NCBI GenBank assembly: GCA_030390025.1
Contig: CM059432.1
Location: 45,448,001 to 45,512,000, forward strand
Origin: Squalus acanthias
Taxonomy: Eukaryota
DNA length: 64,000 nucleotides
Direction of reading: 5' to 3'
Below the pieces are notes generated by a model. The model was given only the letters and a program-made list of their open reading frames with translations. It ran no database searches and was not told the DNA's origin. Shown here piece by piece: positions 36,001-47,000 of the stretch; position 1 is the stretch's first letter; the number at the start of each line of letters is the position of its first letter. A program made the position numbers and the translations under genes.

Positions 36001-39000
36001 GAGACAGGGACAGCAGTGGAGAGTCCTCGTCGCAGTAGAGAGGACGCTGCCAGCTCAGCTCTGCTGCATGTCGACCCTGTGCCTCCGGGTCCATCCAGAA
36101 GGAGAGCGGTGCTGGAACTCCAGGAACAGGTGCAGGAGTCTCTGGCAGGCTTTGTCTCCAGGGTCGCTGCGAGTGTGGAGCGAATGGAGGAGTCCATCAC
36201 TAACATGAGCAGAGCCTTTGTGGAGGCGTGGGCGCATGAACGCATCACCACGGAAAGGATGGCTACCTCCATGGTAAGGCTGGCTACCGTAGTCACTTGG
36301 GTGTAATGTGTTTAATTTTGAAAAGCCATCAGTTGCTTATTGTCATAAAAAATTCTGATGGCAAACTGTTGCAGTTGTGGCGTGTGTCATTTCGCTAATG
36401 GGACTTCCACATTGAGGGCTTAGGGCGACTTGCAGTTGTCAGTATGGTGGTCAGAGATAGGAATCCGCAGGTTCTTGGCCATTGTCGATAGTCTGATAAG
36501 AAGGTGCGAGGCAAAATTGTTTGATTGTGCAGGCTAAGCAAATCTGGCCAAGGTGAGTGCGTCCCTTGCATCCCGGGCAGCAATGTGGTCGCGCGCTGGC
36601 GCCTTCTGGCCTGTGCAGCTTCAGGTGGGTGAGCAGCAGCTTGGCGCTCCTGTTGATGCTGCTGTTTATGGTTCTGCTGCTGCCACGGCTGGTCTTCGTC
36701 TGAATCTGATGTCCAGGAGGAAAGGAAATAAATGGTTCCCATGCTTCTGGTAAATCAAGCGCTCAGTCAAGGTGACGAGAGGGGTTTCCCAGGAGGTCAC
36801 ACTGGAGATGGGTATCAGGCTCCAAACTTCCACAACAATGGGTATGCCTGCTAAAAGTTCCCCCAGACCTGAGACAACCGAGTTCTGCCACCTGCAAATG
36901 ATGATTGCTGAAAACTCCTTTTTAATGGTGGAGCTGCAGCTGTTAGTAAGCAATCCACTTGTGAGGCCGCCAGGATTCACTGGCGTGTTCCAGAGGAGAT
37001 GTGCAGGACGTGGGGAAAGTGTTAAAATCAGAAAGGCCTCAAAATGGGATTATAGAGGCACTTAACTGGTTGTTAAGGGCCTATCCCGCCTCTTGGAGGC
37101 GGGATGGAAATGGGGTCAGAAAACACGCATTTGGGAAAATTGCTCAGAGGCGGGATCGGGCCCGCCCGCCATTTTTTGCGATTTACCACCTCACACGCCT
37201 CCAATCCCGCCTCCTCGGGCCTGGCAAAATCGAGCCCAAAGAGTCTGCAAAGGGCTATAGATAGACTAAGTGTGTGGGCAGTAAGGTGGCAGATGGAGTA
37301 TAATGTAGGGAAATGTGAGGTTATTCACTTTGGTAGGAAGAATAGAAAAATAGAATATTTTTTAAACGATGAGAAACTTTTAAATGTTGGTATTCCGAGA
37401 GATTTGTGTGTCCTCGTGCAAGAAACACAGAAAGTTAGCATGCAGATACAGCAAGCAATAAGGAAGGCAAATGGCATGTTGGCCTTTATTGCAAGATGGT
37501 TGGAGTATAAGAGTAAGGAAGTCTTGCTACAATTGTACAGGGCCTTGGTGAGACCACACCTGGAGTACTGTGCACAGTTTTGGTTTCCTTATCTAAGGAA
37601 GAATATACTTGCCCTAGAGGCGGTGCGATGAAGGTTCACCAGATTGATTCCTGGGATGAGAGGGCTGTCCTATGATGAGAGATTGTGTGGAATGGGCCTA
37701 TATTCTCATTTAGAAGAATGAGAGGTGATCTCACTGAAACATACAAGATTCTGAAGGGGATTGACAGGGTAGATGCTGAGAGGTTGTTTCCCCTGGCTGG
37801 AGTGTCTAGAACTAGGGGGCATAGTCTCAGGATAAGAGGTCGGCCATTTAAGACCGAGATGAGGAGGAATTTCTTCACTCAGAGGGTTGTGAATCTTTGG
37901 AATTCTCTGCCCCAGAGGGCTGTAGATATTGAGTCTTTGAGTATATTCAAGACTGAGATAGATAGATTTTTGGAATCAAGGGATATGGAGATCAAGCGGG
38001 AAAGTGGAGTTGAGGTCGATGATCAGCTGTGATCTTATTGAATGGTGGAGCAGGCACGAGGGGCCGTATGGCCTACTCCTCTTATTTCTTATGTATGAGG
38101 CAGAAAACCCTGGCTAAAGAGATTTTGTTAAACTTACACTAAATATTTCCTCAATGTGAGTGTGTTTTTAATTACATGCAAGCTCCAGAGTAATGTATTC
38201 CATACTTTGTTTGACCCAGGATCAAAGCCAACAAGCTAAGGAAGATATTCTTGCTGATGACTTGTTCAGGTAAGGAGCAAACCATTTTTAAAGGACTGTG
38301 CATAGTGTAAATAACTGTCAAGCTTTATCGAAATAGGAAATGATAGAATTATTTATGTCAGTACCAGTACTTCATTCTTTTATCCCTATAGTTTGGCCTG
38401 TTATACGAGTAAAGTTAAAAGGAAGTTGAAACTATCATGAGCACAGTGGAATTAATGTTGAGAATAGCTTCTATATGGGGATATTATTTAACTTTGTTTT
38501 CCCTCCTATATTTCCTCTGCAATGCATCGTTGCACCCAAATTGGAGTATTACTTTGTCTTTCCTTTTTGATTGGTTCTTGGACCTTGTAGAATGAGCTTT
38601 CAGATACTTTTTGAGATCAGAGTTCCACAATCTCCTTTCTCCTTTAGTTTTCAACTAATTTATGGAATAACTTTTGAAGTTTGCTTTAGAGGTCTTATAC
38701 GGTGATAATATATTTTCACCAGTTTTCTCCTCCCACACTACTTGAAGCTATTGCTGACTCTTTGCTAGAAAACGTTTCCAAAGATGGTGGCAGCCTTTTG
38801 ATACCTTGTCCAGTGTGAGCCAGGGCAATGAGTGTCAGCAGTTACTTGACTACGAAGAGCATCACAGTGTGGAGCCCAACATCCATAATCATACACTTTT
38901 CCAGCAGGCTCACTGACGCAATTAGAGGGGATACCTTAGCTGATTTTAGTGCTCATACTGTTGCCCTGGCTGAGATCAACTAACTCAACCAGACCAGGAA

Positions 39001-40975
39001 TTGAGAATTCAATAATGGTGTGATGGCTGACTTGAAATGAACATTTGTGCACAGAATTATTATTTAGGTAACTGTCCCCACCCTGCTCATCTTTTTCTCT
39101 CACTTTTTGACTTGGTGTGAATTTTCCCCTCCCACACATTAACTAGTTTAATCCAAATTCTTCCCTCCCACCCCCTAACTAGTTTCAATCCTTCCCACTG
39201 CCCTATTTACCCTTTCCATAAGGAATTGGGTTTTTTTCCAGTTAAAATAAAGGCCATCCTGTCTGTACAGTCTTCCCTATCACCAAAAGTGGTCCAAGTG
39301 TCCAGGAACCTATAACCCTCCCTTCTGGAACATCCTTTCAGCCACATGTTAATAACCCTAATCTTTCTCTTTCTGTCTGGTCCAGCACTTAGCACTGGGA
39401 GTAATCTGAGGAAATTCTGCCCCTTAATCTGGAATTTAATTCATTGAAGTCCCTTTGCAGAACCTTGAACCTACTCCTATCTGTGTCATTGGTTCCCACA
39501 TGAACCATGACCACTGGCTGCTTTCCCTCCCATTCCAGAACTTTTTGTATTTGTTCTGTGATGTCCCAAACCCTGGCACATGGGAAGCAATTTACCATTC
39601 AGGTCTCTGGATCACGTCTGCAAAAGAAATTATGATCTCCCCCCACCCACCCCCACCCCCCCAGACTAAAGACTATAAAATGACAGGCGGCCGGAAGCTC
39701 AAGGTCACTTTTGTGGACTGAATGGAGGTGTTCCGCAAAGCAATCACCCAATCTGCATTTGGTCTCCCCAATGTAGAGGAAACTGCATCGTGAGCAGCGA
39801 ATACAGTATACTAAATTGCAAGTACAATAAGTAAATCGCTGTTTCACTGGAAGGAGTGTTTGCGGCCCTGAACGGTGGGAAGGGAGGAGGTAAAAGGGCA
39901 GGTGTTGCATCTGCTGCGCTTGCACGGGAAGGTGCCGTGGGACGGGGAGAGGGTGTTGGGGGTGATTGAAGAGTGGACCAGTGTGTTGCAGAGGGAACAG
40001 TCCCTTCGGAACGCTGAAAGGGGAGGGATGGGGACTATGTTTGGTGGTGGCATCGTGCTGAAGGTGGCGGAAATGGCGGCGGATGATCCGTTGAATGTGG
40101 AGGCTGGTGAGGGACAAAGGAAACCCTATCATGGTTCTGGGAGGGAGGGAAGTTGCGCAGTCAGGAATTTAGTGGGAATGGTGTCAAGGGAGCACCCTCC
40201 CCCTGGACCAGTAATTTCTAGCTAGTGGACCCACTGTACTTTACCATTATCTTCTGTTTTGATTTCAAACCTAATACTCAAATTCTCTGTATTTCCATAT
40301 ATCCTATTTTCTTGCCGTAGCTATTCACATGTCCCTCGTTTCTTTAATGCTTTTTTCCAATACTTAAATGAGATAATCTGTTATCGTCCAACAATCATTA
40401 TGCTGATATAAAAACAGAAAATGCTGGAAATACTCAGCAGGTCAGGCAGCATCTGTGGAGAGAGAAACAGAGTTAACGTTTCAGGTTGATGACCCTTCGT
40501 CAGAACTGTAGACATTCACATAGGAATGCATTACAACTACCCTGATAGTGCTAATATAAAAGAAATGTAATCTTGTGTCTATACATGCAGCATTTTAATA
40601 CTCCAAATACATACCGATGCTTAGTGCTCCAAAGCTAGCTCATAAACACACGGTGCATACAGAAGACTTCACAGTGACAAAGTAGTTCAATGAAACTTCT
40701 TCTTCAAGGTCATTCTGAACTCTTATCTATTCCAAGCTGGTTCTTCAGATCATGAGCTTGGCAGCTTTGACATTTTCCATTGCTGTGTGATATAATTTTA
40801 TTGGCCCGGAATTTGCGGTCCTGATGACGGTGATCGCCGTCATTTCGCCTTTGAAACTGACGGCAACTTCAGGATTTAGCACATGCGCAGCCTAATCCAG
40901 AAATCCTGAAGTTGCGGTCTGTTCACTGCTCCTCCACAGGCTGCGCTGTGACACACATGCGCACGCACACGCACG

Positions 40976-41012
<37 letters not shown>

Positions 41013-44000
41013 CAATTGGTGTAATCTCTCAAATCATGGAAACTGACAAAAACTTTGGCTCTTCCGCGATACTTACACTGTTAAATACCCCACTAAAAGT
41101 TACACCCTTTTGGATTAGGTGTAACTGGGGTTTTAACAGCGTATTGACTGCTAAACAAAGGTTATGGCCCTGAAAAACTAATTTCCATTTTGTGCAGTGT
41201 CTAATGTATACATTTTAATCATTTAAATTTTTAAGAAACTTTAAAAAAAAAAGTTTTAAAAAATTAAGTTTGTTCATCTTTATTTCAGGTTTGCCTTTTC
41301 CCCATGTGAGCGCCCCAATCTTTGTTTTGCTCTCTAACATTTTTAAAAAGTTAGAATTTAAGGAGCTGACCCACTTCGTGGTTCGCTGTCTGAGAATTCT
41401 GCGTTTTGATTGGCTGCTTAGACAGCTTGTTGACATCACAGCAGCTTGAGTTAGGGGACCCCCATTAACTTCTGTTGATTCAACTACACGTTAGAAAACC
41501 TGAAATTCTCACCACAGAGGTCGCGAGATCTTTGTGCGAAGGTTACTTCGGGGCCAGCGGCGAACACCTTTGCTTTGCCGCTGACTGCAAATTACAGGGC
41601 TATTGTGTGGCAGTTAAGCTTACTAAAGAATTACCAGATTTGTGTAATTCGGCTATTTAGGGCAAAGGGGACACAAACCACTGCCGTTTGGTGCAATGCT
41701 TCTGAAATCTCAGAACCAAGAATTACTTGGGAACCGTTTTCATTTTATCTCTCCAAAATCTGCATTTTATTTCACTAGTGAGAAAGGCCATACAAAAGAA
41801 CTATAGCTACATGTGAGTCTTTCTCAGGGTTGAAATAAAAACAGATTAAAGCACCTAATCATGCATTAACTAAATGCACAAAATGCTTTTATTATAAAAA
41901 GTACAGACAAGATCTAAAAAAAGGAATGAGGGACAAAGAGAGAGATTGAGACTAGATTAGCTAACATAAAAGGGAACCCAAAAGTCTTTTATAAACATAT
42001 AAATAGTAAAAGGGTAGTCAACGGAAGGGTGAAGCGATAAAGGACTAAAAAAGATCTTCTTGTAGAGGCAGAAGGCATGGCTGAGGTACTAAATGAGTAC
42101 TTTGCATCTGTCTTCACTAGAGAAGAGGATGCTTCCAATGTAGCAGAAAAAGAGGAGGTTGTAGCGATATTGGATAAGATAAAAATAGATAGAGGAGGTA
42201 CTTAAAAGGTTGGCAGTCCTCAAACTAGAAAAGTCACCTAGTCCAGATAGGATACATCCTAGGTTACCGAAGGAAGTAAGGGTTGAAACTGCAGAGGCTC
42301 TGACTACAACCTTTCTATCCTCCTTGGATATGAGGATGGTGACAGAGGACTGTAGGATTGCAAATGTTACATCCCTGTTCAAAAAAAGGGAGAGGGATAA
42401 ATCTAACAGTTACAGGTCAGTCAGCTTAACGTCGGTGCTGGGGAAATGTTTAGAGATAATCTGGGACAAAATTATTGGCACTTGGCAAAGTATGGGTTAA
42501 TAAATAAAAATCAGCACAGATTTGTTAAAGGCAAATTGTGTTGCTCCGCCCCACTCTCACTCTGACCTCTTTGTCCTCAACCTCCTACACTATTCTAATG
42601 AAGCTCGAGGAACAGCACCTCATCTTTCAATTAGACACTTTACAGCCTCCCGGACACAACATTGAATTCAACAATTTCAGATCATAACCACCGCTCCCAT
42701 TTTTTCGGGTTGCAGTTGCTGGTAATAATTCTGCTTTTGTCATTTACACTTCCTCTAGACCCATCTTTTGTTCCTTTACTTGTCCCATTACCATTCCCTT
42801 TTGCCTTGCACCATCATCCTTTTTGTCATTTAATCACTCCTGCCTTCCACCCTATCACAGACCTTCCCTTTTGTTCTTTCCTCCCCACCCCCCTTTCCCT
42901 GCCTCTGTACTTGCTTAAAACGTGTAACATCTTTAACTTTTTTCAGTTTTGACGAAAGGTCATCAACCTGACACGTTAACTGTGTTTCTCTCTCCACAGA
43001 TGCTGCCTGACCTGCTGAGTATTTCTAGCATTTTCTGTTTTTATTTCAGATTTCCAGCATCCGCAGTATTTTGCTTTTGTAACTTCTACAACCATATTAA
43101 TTCTGATCGAATAGGCCTGATTCCCCAATCGGGTGCTCCCGATAAGCATGCTCGCAGAGAGTGCTATTCAGAAATCAGAGACTGCAGGTGCTGCTGTTTA
43201 TCAGGAACGTCCTGTTGGGGAATCAATCTAAATATCTTATCAATAGAGCATATCTTGTGTCAGTTGGTTGAGATTGCAAGGTGCTGGGAAGGGGTTGGCA
43301 GCAAATTTGATCACAGTACTTTAGGTGAGATGGGATTATATACTAAGTGTGATCCACGTGTAGTGTGCCTACCAACTACTAAAGAAGGCAAGGTCAAAAA
43401 GTTTAAGTTTACTTGCATTTAAATACTTGACTTTGTAACCTGTAAATCATAAATGGTTCTCCTGCATATTGGGATGGTTGTAACCGTTAACACGTTTCCA
43501 CATTTATTTTTTTAGAGTGCTGTAGTGCTCCAGAATGATAGTATAATGGACTCTAAATCTAGCATACTGCAACTCTTTTATTTTGTGAGCCTTCCCTGGA
43601 GTATTTTAATCTTATGAATTTTTTAAGTTTTCTATTGTAGTGATTTTTCAGAAACTGCTGCAGTAATTATGTTAGTCGAACTGCAGAACACAGAACAATG
43701 TGCTCCTATATTTGTCAGTGTACACCCAGCTCTGCTAAGAAATATTGACATAGATTTTATAAATGTACATATTCTTTGAACATTGTAGGGCAATAAAGGG
43801 TATGTTGCTTAGAAACGATGTTTGCCTGTAAATAAATCTCCAGTTAAATGATGATGTAATTCAGTTCAGAAATAGGGATATTTTCCTGTCTAAGCAAAAA
43901 ACGGTTGATGAGCAGGATAGAATTATAAAGATAAAAGCTTGTTCGTCAAATCGTGGAACTCAAACCATTCATGCATGAATGCAAATCATCACATAATACT

Positions 44001-47000
44001 AACTAAGAAAAACAACAGATTTTGTTTTCAAGACTGCTCAAACATCTTTAGGCACAAATTGAGATGTACCCTACTGATGTCCTTTTTTCCCATGAGAGAG
44101 AGGGAGATGAATTATTTGGATTTGCCATCATTGGAATACAATTCAAGCGCACATGAGGCATTTCATTAATTAATATACTGTAAGTAGAGACAGAAATGCT
44201 AAGAAACCAAGACCAATTATTTGCACCAGTATACTTTATTTTCCAAACCTTTTCTTTACTACATTTACAACCAGGCTTAAATCACTAATGCTCACAGAAG
44301 CCAGGATGACTCCATTCAATTGGTACGGTCTTTATGCAGAACCCAGAATCAAATATCTGGAGTGTTTTTCTGGTTCCTTCTAACAGTAGCAGCCATCATG
44401 AGCTGATTAAAAATAGGCTCTTGCAGGGCTGTGATAAGTCAATATGTAAATGCACCACTTTGACGATATTGAGTCATACAAACCACGGTGGTCCCAGGTT
44501 CAGTTCCTGCTTTGTGCAGAATAAGTTGATCTAAAGCTTAAGCAGTGGTGAAAATGGTACAACTGGGCTCAGTGCATCTGGATTAAGCAGAGGAATAACG
44601 ATACGAGGCTTCGAATCCTGATCCCAATCCGGTGATCTCTTCTTGGAAAGTATATATGTGTGGATGTCAAGTGAGGACAGATCAAACTCGGCTGTTATAT
44701 TCTACATTCTCTTCCCCCACCTGGGTCAAATAGACTGCCCAAACTCAGCCTTATTTTGAGTGTAGCTCTTTAGGTTACTGCAGATTTGATTGGAGCCTTT
44801 AGGTCGCATCCTGCAAACACTGGAAACTTCTTGGCCACTAGGTGCAAAAAAATTCTGGCAGTAATAATTCTGTTTTTGGGATTCGTTTTTAGTCACAACC
44901 CTTTAAATTGATGCATCAAGCAACAAATGGTTAAGTGATGGTGTATCACAATCTACTCTTTTTAGCACAATCTTTCCACTCCAAATGTAATAGAGTTGCA
45001 TGGCCTACTGTTTCTGCCACATATATTTCTCTCTCTCCCTTATCCAAATTGCTATAGTGCTGGGGTGTTATTTTCCCACTTTGTGTGCTTTTTCAATCTC
45101 TTTGTGGAGCAGTTCTTGTCAGCAGCCATTCAGTTCCTAGTGTATAACTGAGAAATTTTTGTTCCTTTTACTGTTTCAAGTTTGAATATACTGTACCATT
45201 TTAAAATCTTTCTTTCCCATGATTGCCCTTCTGATCAGAGCTGTCAAAGTGACTTTTAATAACCTCAGTCACTACACTATTCGGAGATTCTAATTATTTT
45301 TTTAAAAGGCCACAATATGTTTTAATTAATACTGGCTGGCAGAACTTGTATGCATGTCTTTAAAAGACACTTTTTGTTTACTAGTGCTTGTTTAAATCAA
45401 ATTTCCAGAGATTGGAAGCTGCATCTCTTCATAAAATCCCCCAAACCGGTCGCTAAATATGTAAACTGCTCCCTCTCCTCAGCCACTGTTCTCTCCTCCT
45501 CACCACCTACAAAACTGTCATAATCGCCCCAGTCTTAAAAAAAAAGAGAGCCTACTTTCTGCACTGCCTCATTGCCAACATCGCTTTCCTCTCCAAGATT
45601 CTGGAGAACCACTTCCCATTTTAGTCTGGTTTCTGCCACATCTACACCACTGAAACAGCCTAGTCAAAGCAATTACAGGAAACTTTCATTTATCCGGCAT
45701 CGACGGGACCGGCGTGGTGCCGGTTTATCGAAAGTACCGGATAACGGAGAGTTATATCTACCGAGGCTATTTTTAACAAAGAGACTCCAGGCAGCACGGG
45801 AGAATCAACTCCTGCTACTGCAGTGTTTCGGACTTCCGACAGCGCCAGGAGGCCGAGTAGTGGCACTTTTGAAAAGTACCCCTACTGACTAAATCGGCGT
45901 TCTCGGACTCTGACTCGGGATCGGCAACATTGCCGGTTATTTGAGAGGAGTTTTCGGAGTACTCGGCGTTCGCGGAGACTCGACTGCGACTCGGCAACAT
46001 TGCCGGTTATTTGAGAAGAGTTTTCGGAGGATGATTTTTGCCGGTTAAGCGAGAATTCCGGATATTTGGGTGCCGGATAAACGAAAGTTTCCTGTACTGA
46101 CATTTTATGTAATTGCAACAGTTTCCCCCTCTCCCTGACCCCTCTGCAACATTTGACTAGATTAGCCAATCATCCTGCTCCACTATCCCTCCCCTGTGGT
46201 ATGCCTCCATGGCACTGCCCTCGCCTGGTTCCATTCCTTTCTATTCCATTGTAGCGAGCACATCTGTAATGGCTTCTCCAATTATCACATGGTCTCCTTT
46301 GGTATGCACCTGACTGTTCCTCAGTGACATCATCCATTAACATGGGGTCAGTCTTCATATGTATGTCAGTGATACCCAGCTTTATCTCCAACACTACTTT
46401 TGATTCCACAACTTGTGGCTGTACTGTCCCATTTCCTGTCTAACATCAAATCGTGGATACAGGATAATTATGGATTAGGAAGGCCATTCAGCCCATGTTA
46501 ATTCATCCATCCAGAGAGAGTCTAAAGTCTCTCCATTTCAGCATCCAAATGTTTCTTAAAAGATTCTAGGGTTGTTGCCTCTACTACTGTTTCCAGAAGT
46601 CAGTTCCATTTGTTGATCACTCTGTGTGCAAAGAAGAATTTCCTGGCCTCAGTCTTAACTTTACCTTTACTAGCTTGAACCTGTGTCCCCCTTGTCCTAC
46701 TCTCTCTATTTAATTAAAATAATATTCTGGATTTACTTTTTCCATTCCCCTATTTTATATACCTCTATAAAATCACTTCTCAAGTTGGAATGCCCAAGTG
46801 TCTATAGTCTTTTCTCATAGGTCAGCCCTTTGACATTAGGGATCAACCTTGTGGTTTTTCTCTACATTGCGTTTAGAACTTGAATGTTTCCCTTGAGTCT
46901 CGGTGACTAAAGTGAACACAGTCCTCAGGTTATGGTCTGACCAGAGCACTATACAGTTTAGTCACGGCTTCCTCTGACTTGTATTCTGCTGTTTTGGCTC

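Larger units (their letters stand above)
33829..38095 (+). mobile_element. 5'-truncated CR1 LINE split by a Harbinger insertion
   Basis: RT motifs at 33919-34630 resume collinearly at 37238 (..EENTK|SLQR.IDRL); 3' tail at about 38090. Confidence 0.93.

Noticed and set aside
42662..43422. 96-aa and 157-aa ORFs
   Set aside because: They run through PLE UTR/terminal repeat into unique intron sequence; chance frames.
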